64,000 nucleotides of DNA from Setoptus koraiensis (taxonomy: Eukaryota > Animalia > Arthropoda). The position numbers and the translations under genes are program-made. Every line of letters starts with the position of its first letter. Within the stretch, counting starts at the first letter, position 1. Of this stretch, positions 54,109 through 64,000 are shown piece after piece. Location: NCBI GenBank assembly GCA_048013815.1, contig CM106586.1, positions 4,836,001 to 4,900,000 on the forward strand, written 5' to 3'. The notes under the pieces are model-generated. The model saw only the letters and a list, made by a program, of their open reading frames with translations, had not been told where the DNA came from and ran no database searches.

Positions 54109-56094
54109 ATGGACGACCTCATTCCCATCAATAATCAGCTCCAGGATATCTTCTCGGCTGTTGGATACAATTCCATAAACAAGATCAATCTACCGCAAAT
54201 TGTTGTGGTCGGTATGCAAAGTAGCGGTAAAACATCTGTCATAGAGGGTCTAGTCAGAAAGGACTTTTTGCCACGTGGGTCAGGCATTGTGACTCGATGC
54301 CCGCTCGTGTTGCAGCTTGTATTTGTCGCGAAAGACGATAGAAAAGTTAAACGACCCAATGGGAGTGCCGAGGAATGGGCAAGATTTTTGCATGCGCCCG
54401 ATGTATTATATACAAACTTTGACCATGTTCGAGAAGAAATAGAGAGAGAAACCACTAGGCGATGTGGAAACAACAAGGCCATTTGCGACGAACCAATTAA
54501 TCTTAAGATATTCTCGAACAAGGTGCTCAACTTGACTCTTGTCGACTTACCAGGCATCACTAAAGTGCCGATAGGTGATCAACCTGAAGATATAGAGACT
54601 CAAATAGAGAGGTTGGCTCTGCAGTATATAGAAAATCCAAACACGATAATATTGGCCATAACACCAGCAAATAACGACTTCTCCACATCGGATGCCATCA
54701 AGTTGGCACGTAAAGTTGATCGTGAAGGTAGAAGAACTCTGGCGGTCCTCACTAAATTGGACCTCGTTGGACCAGAAAGTGATACTCTTGAGGTTCTCTG
54801 TGGCCATAAAATAGCAATGAAACTGGGCATCATCGGTATTATCAATCGATCTCAAGATGATATAAATAGTAAAAAAACGATTGATGATGCCATTGAGACA
54901 GAGAAGGCTTTCTTGGAGGCTAACTATCCCACTATTGCCGAACAAAACGGCACACCTTTCTTGTCTAAAACCTTGAGTCGCTTATTGATGCATCACATAA
55001 GAGACTGTCTTCCTGAGCTAAAAACGCGAATCCATTCTATGACAGCAAGGTATCAATCAGAGTTAGCAAAATATGGAGAGCCTATTAAAGATCACCCTCG
55101 CACACTTTTACTTCTTATCGAGAGATTTGCAGCCTCCTACAGAAACACAGTTGACGGAAATGCTCAAGATACCATCACGACCGAATTGATCGGTGGAGCT
55201 AGAATAGGTTACATTTTCAAGACAGCCTTTCTCAGAAATCTATCAACTATCAACCCATTAGAGGATCTTGAGACATTAGATATATTAACTGCACTTAAGA
55301 ACTCGGCAGGGCCGAGAGAGGCACTTTTCTTACCCGATGTAGCTTTTAGGTCTTTGATAAAGAAGCAAATCAAGAAACTGTTAACACCAAGCTTACGTTG
55401 TGTTGATCTCGTACATGAGGAGATGCAACGTATCATTCAAAATTGTGGATCCGAGATACAAGGGGACATGTTGCGATTTCCATTGTTACAAGATAGAATC
55501 ACTGATGTCGTTAATACGTTGCTAGAGCAAAGAATACAGCCAACGAAATACATCATTGAGGCTTTGCTTGAGTCTGAAATGTCCTCAATAAACACTCAAC
55601 ATCCGGACTTCAATGATACCAACAATATAATCGAACATTTGAGGGAATCAAGTGAGCCAGTAGGTGGAGACGAGTCGAGGCTGAGAATCGAATCATTTGT
55701 CGCTGAAGCTGGGACACCAAATCCACCTTTCGATGGCTCTGGAGAGATGAGATTCGATGGTTCTAGTGGTCAAACAGCCTCTCGTCGTCTAACCGCGAAG
55801 GAGCAACGTGATTGCCTGTTAATTAGGAAATTAATTGTATCATATTTTAACATAATTAGAAGAGACACACAAGACAAGGTTCCAAAAATAATCATGTGTT
55901 TCCTAGTTGAGCATGTCGAAAAACATCTACAATCAGAACTAACAGCGGCCCTCTACAAAAGTGAACAAATGGCGGAGCTGTTGGGAGAATCTAATCTCAT
56001 AGTCAAACGTAGACAGGACGTGGTGGATCGTTTAGAAGCTCTTCAAAATGCTTCAAAAGTTATAAGTGTTGTCAGAGAAACTCAAATTATGTGA
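54109..56094 (+). CDS. DNM1L: Dynamin-related protein 1 (Drp1/DNM1L-type mitochondrial fission GTPase), intronless, 661 aa
   Basis: G1 GMQSSGKT, G2 GIVTRCPL, G3 DLPG, G4 TKLD. Middle domain ELIGGARI, no PH or proline-rich domain, and GED RRLTAKEQRDC...SYFNIIRRDTQDKVPK. This is the Drp1 architecture. Confidence 0.94.
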   Translation: MDDLIPINNQLQDIFSAVGYNSINKINLPQIVVVGMQSSGKTSVIEGLVRKDFLPRGSGIVTRCPLVLQLVFVAKDDRKVKRPNGSAEEWARFLHAPDVLYTNFDHVREEIERETTRRCGNNKAICDEPINLKIFSNKVLNLTLVDLPGITKVPIGDQPEDIETQIERLALQYIENPNTIILAITPANNDFSTSDAIKLARKVDREGRRTLAVLTKLDLVGPESDTLEVLCGHKIAMKLGIIGIINRSQDDINSKKTIDDAIETEKAFLEANYPTIAEQNGTPFLSKTLSRLLMHHIRDCLPELKTRIHSMTARYQSELAKYGEPIKDHPRTLLLLIERFAASYRNTVDGNAQDTITTELIGGARIGYIFKTAFLRNLSTINPLEDLETLDILTALKNSAGPREALFLPDVAFRSLIKKQIKKLLTPSLRCVDLVHEEMQRIIQNCGSEIQGDMLRFPLLQDRITDVVNTLLEQRIQPTKYIIEALLESEMSSINTQHPDFNDTNNIIEHLRESSEPVGGDESRLRIESFVAEAGTPNPPFDGSGEMRFDGSSGQTASRRLTAKEQRDCLLIRKLIVSYFNIIRRDTQDKVPKIIMCFLVEHVEKHLQSELTAALYKSEQMAELLGESNLIVKRRQDVVDRLEALQNASKVISVVRETQIM

Positions 56095-56404
56095 TCAATG
56101 TCAAGGAACGTTGTAGTACTTGTTTATACCAGATATAATATTACGTATAAAATAGGCGTCCAGTCGCCATTCATAAGTGTAGCGTTTACATACAATTTTC
56201 GCATCATAAATATTACAAAATCTGACAGATCTCACCATCGATCAGCTAAATAGATTGCGATGGGATTTTACCACTGGGCGAACATTACTTTCACAACTTT
56301 GGATAATTAACCAAAGAACTTACTATAGTACTGGACTGATTGGCTAACAATTTGATATTTTGGCTATTTATTGAAACTATTTGTTAACAAATGAACGACT
56401 ATCA

Positions 56405-56995
56405 TCAAACTGCTTGTTTGATGAGCTCTGACAAGTTTTTAATTCTAGATTTCAAACTCATGTCTATGTAGTGTTCACCATTAAAATCAACTATGAGACC
56501 CCCAACAATAGATGGGTCTGTTTGGTAACTGATAAGTAACTTCTTTTTCGTGAAAGCCTTGAGTGAGCTCTCAAGATCTTTCTTCTTTTCATCTGACATG
56601 GGCTTCGCAGATGTAATGACACATGATACTTGATTTCTTACAGATGCCATAACGGAGTTGAAGGTAGTATTGATTGCTGGTAAATAGCTAAGACGTCTGT
56701 TTTCTGCCAGTGATGATAATAAGTTAACTGTTAAATCAGAGAGCTTCAATGAGTTCTTTAATTCACCTTCAAAAACTAGGGTCTTCTGTGATGGGTTGAT
56801 CAAAGGACTAGTCAGATACTCCTTGAAAGTTGGTTTATTTTGATAAAGGCCAACCAGTTTATTAAGATCACTCTCAACCACATCTAGTTTGTTTGATTTA
56901 GAAGCTGCGGAATATAATGCGTTCACGTAGCGTCCTTCAACACCAAATACACTGATTGGTGGTTTTACCAACTTCGAGACGACTCTGCTGGCCAT
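56405..56995 (-). CDS. ATP5PO: Mitochondrial ATP synthase subunit O (OSCP), 196 aa
   Basis: KLVKPPISVFGVEGRYVNALYSAASK and DPSIVGGLIVDF...IDMSLKSRI match the OSCP N- and C-terminal signatures. Single ORF. Confidence 0.96.
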   Translation of the reverse strand: MASRVVSKLVKPPISVFGVEGRYVNALYSAASKSNKLDVVESDLNKLVGLYQNKPTFKEYLTSPLINPSQKTLVFEGELKNSLKLSDLTVNLLSSLAENRRLSYLPAINTTFNSVMASVRNQVSCVITSAKPMSDEKKKDLESSLKAFTKKKLLISYQTDPSIVGGLIVDFNGEHYIDMSLKSRIKNLSELIKQAV

Positions 56996-57495
56996 GATAG
57001 TTAGCTCGTGTATAGGTGAATGATTTTTAACCGATGAGGAATTGATTATCTAATTATTAGGTTCAATTGTCTAAAGACCAATGATAATTCTACCGCTCAA
57101 GAGTTAGATATGTAGTGTCGTGGACGAAGACATCGATAATTCCAGACATCAAGGTGAAGAAGCTGGGTTGTATGATGTTTATTTGATATATTTATTTTGA
57201 GCATGAGCGCATCAAAATCCATGGCTGGCGGTAAAATCAAAAATAGTTGAAGTTTCAGACCGATGGTCGTTGGAGCGAACACGTGCGCTGTTATATTTCT
57301 ACTTATTCCATACAAACAAATAAACGAGACCAACTTGCATCATTGAACGAAATATTTATTTTTACTTAAAATATATAGATTTATCTCAAAACTTCAAAAC
57401 TGCCCATTCATCGATGAAAAAGACTAGTCAATTACAGTTACATAGCGTAGCAATTATCATTTATTATATTTATTATATCATTTATTGTTGATCAG

Positions 57496-60400
57496 ATGGC
57501 TATTATTAAGGAGGAACCGATAGATCGCGATCACATTGATGATAGACCTCTTATGCTCCAAGATAAATTGCGTCTGTTGCCAGCATTTCTTATGATCAGA
57601 GGTCTGGTAAGACAGCATCTTGATTCCTTCAATCATTTCATTGAAGTTGGAATCAAAGAAATACTCAAAGCTAATGAGCTTGTCCACTGTGAAGCAGATC
57701 AGAAATGGTGGTTGAGGTATATCGATATTAGGGTCGGCTCGGCTGACATCGAGGAAAGTTTTAATGTTTCAAGAAAGACAACTCCACACGAGTGCAGACT
57801 ACGTGATATCAGCTATTGTGCACCAATTCTGGTTGATATAGAATATCGTCGAGGCATTGAAAAAGTCATAAAAAATAACATACCTATAGGACGGATGCCA
57901 ATCATGTTACGAAGTAAAAATTGTGCATTATATAACAAAACTTTTTCAGAGCTGATAAAACTTCAAGAGTGTCCGATTGACTCCGGTGGATATTTTGTGA
58001 TCAATGGTAGTGAGAAGGTTATTCTTATCCATGAGCAACTTGCAAAAAACCGTATGCTTATCGAAGAGGGACCTGTTTGTCAAGTAACTTCAGCATCAGC
58101 GGAAAGGAAATCTCGCACCAACGTTGTTATAAACAAGAAAAAACAAATTTCTTTAAAACATAATGCTTTCCAAGATGACATACCCATTTTTATCTTATTC
58201 AGAGCAATGGGTCTTACAAGTGATTCTGAGATAATAGACATTATATGTAGTGATGCAACGAATTCTATTGATAAAAATTTGCTTTTACCTTCATTGGAGG
58301 TAGCACACAAGAGTAGTATCTGGACAAAAGAGCAAGCTCTCAGGTTCATGGTAGGAAAACTCAAAATGTCCATGAACTTTATGCCTTCAAAACTGTCCAA
58401 CAATTTCGACTCTCGACGGAAGTCACAACTAGATACTGTGTTGGACCTTCTATCCACTACCGTAGTGGCCCACATACCTGTTGAACAAGGAAATTTTAAT
58501 CTCAAGATTATTTACATAGCCCAAATGGTTCGTCGTCTTCTATTCGCAATCGATGATCCTACTTTCATCGATGACAGAGATTATTATGGCAACAAAAGAT
58601 TGGAAATGGCAGGCTCCTTATTGTCATTACTATTTGAAGATTTATTTAAGCGATTCAATAACGAACTGCGAATAATTGCAGATAAGAATATACCAAAAGT
58701 TAAAGCTGCCCAATTCGATGTCACTAAACATATGCGTCAAGACTTGATAACCAGTGGCCTCATCAATGCCATAGCAACAGGAAATTGGACCGTGAAAAGG
58801 TTTAGAATGGAGAGAGTTGGAGTCAGTCAAGTACTAAGCAGATTGAGTTTCATCTCGTCACTCGGAATGATGACAAGAATAAATTCCCACATGGAAAAAA
58901 CTAGAAAGACTTCAGGACCTCGTTCTCTACAATGTAGCCAGTGGGGACTAGTATGTCCATGTGACACACCTGAAGGAGAAGCTTGTGGACTGATTAAGAA
59001 TTTAGCTTTAATGACTCATATAACTACTTCTTTGAGCCAGGAAGATATAGACAAACTTAAACAGTCGTGCTTCAATCTTGCCGGTGTAGAAAACATTAAG
59101 CACCTAGTTTCAGGGGTGAACATGAACTCCAACTATATTGTCTACATAGATGGTCTTATAATTGGAATTACGAGTGATCCTTTCAGAGTTGTGGAGTGCA
59201 TACGAAAACTGAGACGAGAGAGAAAAATATCAGAATTCGTCTCCGCTTCAGTAACTGAGCTCCACAAAGCAGTATATTTATCAACTGACGGTGGTCGTCT
59301 TTGCAGACCATATATCATTTTAGGAGATAGCGGTCGGACACTTTTGAATGAAGAGCACCTCAAGCTGCTTGAGAGAGGACTGATGAACTTTCAGGATCTA
59401 ATCAACGAAGGACTAATAGAGTATCTAGACGTCAACGAATCTAGCATTTCTCACTTTGCTTTAGAGGAAAAAGATATAACATCCAAAACTACACATCTCG
59501 AGATCGAACCATTCACTCTTCTAGGGGTCTGTGCAGGTCTTATACCTTTCCCCCATAATAATCAAAGTCCAAGGAACACATATCAATGCGCTATGGGAAA
59601 GCAAGCTATGGGTACAATAGCGATGAATCAACGTATGAGGATAGATACCTTGTTGTATTTATTGTCGTATCCTCAAAGGCCAGTATGCAGCAGCAAGACG
59701 ATTGAATTAATTCATTTTGACGAAATGCCAGCCGGGATTAATTCGACAGTAGCAGTTATGTCGTATTCGGGTTTTGATATTGAAGACGCCATTGTTATGA
59801 ATAAGGCAAGTATAGATCGTGGTTATGGTCGATGCTTCGTATATAAAAACCAGAAGTGTTTTCTCAAGAAATACTCCAACTTCGGGGGTAGTCGCGATGT
59901 TATACTACCACCACCGAAGAATCCTGAGCATAATAGTATGTTGCAACGAATAGCTTGCCTAGATTCCGACGGTATAGTTGCTCCTGGTGAACGTGTTGTA
60001 GATCGCCAAATTCTAGTCAATCGCTACTCCCCAACTAGTAACATTGCCAAAAGCAACGATCCTAATCTTGGGCCGACTATCATAGGTACCACAAATTATA
60101 AAGAGAATAGCGTATCTTACCGAGGCATAGAACCGATTGTTGTAGAAAGGGTTATAGTTACCGCAAATGCTGAGGAATCATTCCTAGTTAAAATGAATCT
60201 CAGACAACATAGAAGGCCAGAAGTAGGAGACAAATTTAGTTCAAGGCACGGACAGAAAGGAGTTGTCGGTTTAATAGCCGACCAAGAAGATATGCCTTTT
60301 AATAGGGACGGAATATGCCCAGATTTGATCATGAATCCGCATGGTTTTCCTTCGCGTATGACTGTTGGCAAACTAAAAGAGTTAATGGCCGGTAAATCTG

Positions 60401-60948
60401 CTGTTGTCAAGGGAACTATTCATGATTCGACAGCGTTTGGTGGGACCACTTTGGAAGAAATGGAATCAATTCTAATCTCCAAAGGATTTCATCTAAAATC
60501 AAAAGAAATATTAACATCGGGCATAACAGGTGAGCCGCTCAAGGCTTATATATATTTCGGACCAATTTATTATCAAAAGCTGAAACATATGGTCTTAGAT
60601 AAGATACATGGTAGGCCTCGTGGTCCTAGAGCTGTTTTAACTCGGCAACCAACTGAGGGTCGTGCCAGAGATGGTGGCTTGAGATTAGGCGAAATGGAAA
60701 GGGATTGTCTCATTGGCTATGGAGTGAGCATGTTGCTCATTGAACGACTAATGTTGTCCAGTGATGCATTCAATGTAGATATATGCACTAATTGTGGCCT
60801 GTTTGGTTACCTGAATTGGTGCTCAAATTGTAAATCAAGCCAAAGTTTAGCCTCTATACAGATTCCCTATGCTTATAAGCTCTTGATTCAAGAACTTCAA
60901 TCTATGAACATTGATGCTAGATTACGTTTAAGTAATGTGAAAGATTAA
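57496..60948 (+). CDS. POLR3B: DNA-directed RNA polymerase III second-largest subunit RPC2, intronless, 1150 aa
   Basis: GLVRQHLDSFN, TPHECRLRD, SRLSFISSLGMMTRI (Pol III-type), GDKFSSRHGQKG, GGLRLGEMERDC, and C-terminal zinc finger CTNC...CSNC. Confidence 0.98.
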   Translation: MAIIKEEPIDRDHIDDRPLMLQDKLRLLPAFLMIRGLVRQHLDSFNHFIEVGIKEILKANELVHCEADQKWWLRYIDIRVGSADIEESFNVSRKTTPHECRLRDISYCAPILVDIEYRRGIEKVIKNNIPIGRMPIMLRSKNCALYNKTFSELIKLQECPIDSGGYFVINGSEKVILIHEQLAKNRMLIEEGPVCQVTSASAERKSRTNVVINKKKQISLKHNAFQDDIPIFILFRAMGLTSDSEIIDIICSDATNSIDKNLLLPSLEVAHKSSIWTKEQALRFMVGKLKMSMNFMPSKLSNNFDSRRKSQLDTVLDLLSTTVVAHIPVEQGNFNLKIIYIAQMVRRLLFAIDDPTFIDDRDYYGNKRLEMAGSLLSLLFEDLFKRFNNELRIIADKNIPKVKAAQFDVTKHMRQDLITSGLINAIATGNWTVKRFRMERVGVSQVLSRLSFISSLGMMTRINSHMEKTRKTSGPRSLQCSQWGLVCPCDTPEGEACGLIKNLALMTHITTSLSQEDIDKLKQSCFNLAGVENIKHLVSGVNMNSNYIVYIDGLIIGITSDPFRVVECIRKLRRERKISEFVSASVTELHKAVYLSTDGGRLCRPYIILGDSGRTLLNEEHLKLLERGLMNFQDLINEGLIEYLDVNESSISHFALEEKDITSKTTHLEIEPFTLLGVCAGLIPFPHNNQSPRNTYQCAMGKQAMGTIAMNQRMRIDTLLYLLSYPQRPVCSSKTIELIHFDEMPAGINSTVAVMSYSGFDIEDAIVMNKASIDRGYGRCFVYKNQKCFLKKYSNFGGSRDVILPPPKNPEHNSMLQRIACLDSDGIVAPGERVVDRQILVNRYSPTSNIAKSNDPNLGPTIIGTTNYKENSVSYRGIEPIVVERVIVTANAEESFLVKMNLRQHRRPEVGDKFSSRHGQKGVVGLIADQEDMPFNRDGICPDLIMNPHGFPSRMTVGKLKELMAGKSAVVKGTIHDSTAFGGTTLEEMESILISKGFHLKSKEILTSGITGEPLKAYIYFGPIYYQKLKHMVLDKIHGRPRGPRAVLTRQPTEGRARDGGLRLGEMERDCLIGYGVSMLLIERLMLSSDAFNVDICTNCGLFGYLNWCSNCKSSQSLASIQIPYAYKLLIQELQSMNIDARLRLSNVKD

Positions 60949-60984
60949 AATGGGATTTGGGCCAATCGTTGATTGTTCCGAGGC

Positions 60985-61170
60985 TCACGGATTGACTCTC
61001 TCACATGCATCTATCCATTCGCTGTAGACATCGATGGGCTCAGAAAGATAGGTGACAGCGGTAGTAAATTCCTCATTACATATACGACATGAGATCCTCG
61101 CTATGTTTTTGTTACGATCCATCTTGACCTCACAGCTTTTCTCGTGATTACAGAAAGGACAGTTGAACAT
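60985..61170 (-). CDS. ELOF1: Transcription elongation factor 1 homolog (ELOF1/Elf1 zinc ribbon); basic N-terminus is in another frame (ATG at 61201)
   Basis: [18 protein letters not shown]...SCRIC.EEF...[17 protein letters not shown] is the ELOF1 core. MSKRKSK starts 31 nt upstream, out of frame. Confidence 0.93.
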   Translation of the reverse strand: MFNCPFCNHEKSCEVKMDRNKNIARISCRICNEEFTTAVTYLSEPIDVYSEWIDACERVNP

Positions 61171-61411
61171 GGTGTCCAGGTTTGCTCTTGCGTTTGCTCA
61201 TCTTCAGAATCACCATCATCAGATCGCCATCAACGCTGTGAATACACCTGTTGAGGATTTCACTTTTCTCAAGGCTCAGTGATTCGGTGTCGCTGCGAAG
61301 CGCTAGATCCGCAAACGATTGAAACTCAGGAATTGTCTTCAGTATTTTCACTGATGAAACGCATTGTTCTTTGCTGAAGTCCTGGGCGTTGGACGTGTAA
61401 ATTAAGCATAC
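61148..61411 (-). other. Open frame of >=87 codons emerging from the N gap and overlapping the ELOF1 start; possible upstream coding sequence
   Basis: Stop-free in AT-rich DNA (YTSNAQDFSKEQCVSSVKILKTIPEFQSFADLALRS...LKMSKRKSK). No family recognised. Confidence 0.35.
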
Positions 61412-61911
61412 NNNNNNNNNNNNNNNNNNNNNNNNNNNNNNNNNNNNNNNNNNNNNNNNNNNNNNNNNNNNNNNNNNNNNNNNNNNNNNNNNNNNNNNNN
61501 NNNNNNNNNNNNNNNNNNNNNNNNNNNNNNNNNNNNNNNNNNNNNNNNNNNNNNNNNNNNNNNNNNNNNNNNNNNNNNNNNNNNNNNNNNNNNNNNNNNN
61601 NNNNNNNNNNNNNNNNNNNNNNNNNNNNNNNNNNNNNNNNNNNNNNNNNNNNNNNNNNNNNNNNNNNNNNNNNNNNNNNNNNNNNNNNNNNNNNNNNNNN
61701 NNNNNNNNNNNNNNNNNNNNNNNNNNNNNNNNNNNNNNNNNNNNNNNNNNNNNNNNNNNNNNNNNNNNNNNNNNNNNNNNNNNNNNNNNNNNNNNNNNNN
61801 NNNNNNNNNNNNNNNNNNNNNNNNNNNNNNNNNNNNNNNNNNNNNNNNNNNNNNNNNNNNNNNNNNNNNNNNNNNNNNNNNNNNNNNNNNNNNNNNNNNN
61901 NNNNNNNNNNN
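61412..61911. other. Assembly gap (500 N)
   Basis: Run of N. Confidence 1.
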
Positions 61912-62195
61912 TCCGGCTCGCTCCTTGTATCTCGCTGACATTCAAACTTAGAATGCATATATCATTTCGACAGAATAATAAAAATTTACTACTTGTCATA
62001 ATTACATGATGATTGATAATTACGTCGAAACAAATCCACTAGTTCTTTGTTGATTCTCTGTTTACAATCCAACGAGTGCAAGACGCGCGTTCCAAGAGTC
62101 TATCAAACAATTACTTAACAATAATAAAACAGTGACAATAAAACAAATGGTGGCCTTTAGTTGAGATAATTGATCGGTTCGTTGTACTGTCTATA

Positions 62196-63672
62196 ATGAT
62201 TCCGCCAAAGCAAACAAGTGAAAAACAACATTCAACAAGACAGCGAACCCTAGACAGTCGCAGTTGCCACGAAATATGCAACAAGTTGTTTGTCATGTCC
62301 ATGTTATTTGTCATTGTTATAACATTTGTAACCATCCAAAAGTATTCAATTCCTGTTCTGTCAGCGTCGGTAGAAGATGATCTTGTAAAGTTCAGAAAAA
62401 ATGATGGACAATTTGTGACATCGGTAAGCTCTACTGTTGTTATTAGTAAAATAAAGTTACCTAAGAAGTATGAATCAAAAGAAAAAGTGGGTTACTGTTG
62501 CCCTCATATTGGTTGCTTCCAAGAAATTAAAAGCATGTTCAAACCTATGAAAGCTGACGATGTCAAAACAAAATTCACGCTATACAACAGAAACAATCTG
62601 CAAGGACTCAACATCCCTTTTGCCGTGGTAGATCATCATTTTCAATTCGACGGTTTTGACGACGATGATGATACAGTAGACGACGAAAGTGATAACCCTA
62701 CTAGCATCAGTCCCAACCAATTAACCATCGAAAAGTATCCATTTAATTTATCTTTGATAGACGAAGCGGATTTCAAACCAAACACAACAACTAGGATAAT
62801 AGTTGCTGGCTATATGGCCAATGAAGAAGAGCAGTGGATTACAGAGCTGAGAGACGCTTGGCTAGACCTAGAGGATTGCAATATTATAAAAGTTTCATGG
62901 ACTGGCGCCAATCATGGTCTATATTGGACGGCTGTGGCTAATACTCGTGTTGTAGCTAGACAAATAAGTGTATTTTTATACTACCTTAATGTTTTTCACC
63001 CGGTTGATGTAGACAGGATACATTTGATCGGGCACTCCCTTGGTGCACATATTGCGGGTTTTGTTGGCTCAGATCATGAGGGTAAAATAGCTCGAATAAC
63101 TGGACTAGATCCAGCTGGGCCAGTATTTTGCGATATGGATAGTTCATTGAGATTAGATGCGTCGGATGCAAATTTTGTCGATGTTATTCATACAAATGCC
63201 GGCAACATAATGTCTGGCAATCTAGGTATTTCGATGGCTGTTGGTCATTTGGACTATTATCCTAATGGTGGTTCATCACAGCCCGGTTGTGAAATGACCA
63301 TCGCAGATCCAATAGAGAGTCTGGCGTGCAATCATCGTGCCTCTTATAGGTACTTGACTGAAATAGTGAAACGACAAATTCTGGTTTCGGGCATCAAACG
63401 TCAAGAGAATATTGATGATTCTAAAGTTCCGCTTTTAATGGTAACGCCAATTGCCTACTTAGTTAGCACCACATCACAAGAGGATTTAGTTGGAGACGAT
63501 AATCCGAAACTCAATGTGGCCCGCTTAACAAAAGCCATATCTCCTCCAAATGCAAATGAGGAAGAGTTACCTACGATTAGAGAGGTCGAGTTCCATCAAT
63601 TGAAGCCAACTTTTCCACGACATCACAGAGGAATTTACTACTTTAAGACAGTACCGGACCCACCGTATTATT
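62196..63672 (+). CDS. Pancreatic lipase / phospholipase A1 family protein, exon 1; continues after a short intron
   Basis: Catalytic triad motifs HLIGHSLGAH, RITGLDPAGP and CNHRAS, plus DANFVDVIHTN and GHLDYYPNGGSSQPGC. N-terminal hydrophobic segment. Donor TATTATT|GTGAGT at 63673. Confidence 0.92.
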
Positions 63673-63734
63673 GTGAGTAGCAATCCGACCGATCAACATA
63701 ATCGATTAATATATTGACAATTCTTTTTTAATAG

Positions 63735-64000
63735 ACGTATTGAAAATTTCACCTATCACATTCAACACTTGAAGCCGAACAACTCATGCTGACAATCCTG
63801 TCTGAGAGAAGTCTTGTAAAGAAGATAGTGCTCTGTATTAGATATCTCGATACAATCGTGTTAAAAAAGAATATAGACGAAATAGGCGATAGCATGACAT
63901 TCCTGTTTGCCAAACCAAACGCAATCTACAACTATGACAATCGTGATGATAAAATCGAAGATTACAAGGATGTTCAATCTCTCAATAGTAAAAATAATGA
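63735..64000 (+). CDS. Probable downstream exon(s) of the lipase; frame open to the window end
   Basis: Acceptor ttcttttttaatAG at 63734 gives a stop at 63772. A weaker AG at 63774 gives an in-frame read EQLMLTILSERS...GDSMTFLFAKP to position 64000. Confidence 0.45.

Noticed and set aside
54109-60948. Bacterial contamination or horizontal transfer as the reason for intronless, tightly packed genes
   Set aside because: All products are eukaryote-specific (Drp1, RPC2, mitochondrial OSCP, MSL3, ELOF1), and neighbouring genes carry GT-AG introns.
45663-61999. ORFs spanning the N gaps (e.g. 45867..47138, 61148..61999)
   Set aside because: The 500-N length is a placeholder, so the frame across the gaps is meaningless.

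Overview
Eukaryotic (animal, arthropod-like) genomic scaffold with two 500-N gaps (45912-46411, 61412-61911). It is not prokaryotic, and I found no rRNA, tRNA, CRISPR array or transposase. The window has two compartments. (1) About 1-48.3 kb is GC/CpG-rich, low-complexity and full of short local tandem duplications and recurring motifs. It is best explained as the large introns of one unidentified minus-strand gene. Its coding exons can be chained by splice signals and codon phase (45667-45911+, 24919-26894, 17086-18524, possibly 4443-4522, 1191-1632), and it continues off the left edge. (2) About 50-64 kb is AT-rich and tightly packed with housekeeping genes: MSL3 (-, 2 short introns), Drp1 (+), ATP synthase OSCP (-), RNA polymerase III subunit RPC2 (+), ELOF1 (-, apparently frameshifted at its N-terminus) and a pancreatic-lipase/PLA1-family gene (+). 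Drp1, OSCP and RPC2 each read as one uninterrupted ORF. Such intron loss and compaction suggests a miniaturised mite genome such as an eriophyoid; this is inference, not shown directly. I cannot confirm a new biological system. The best leads are the multi-first-exon giant gene and its intronic motif grammar (GCAACAGGTTGC x5, CAGGTGA arrays, TTCGAA islands, a 23-bp double palindrome x2, a 26-bp hairpin), and the split-frame ELOF1. All counts were done by eye.
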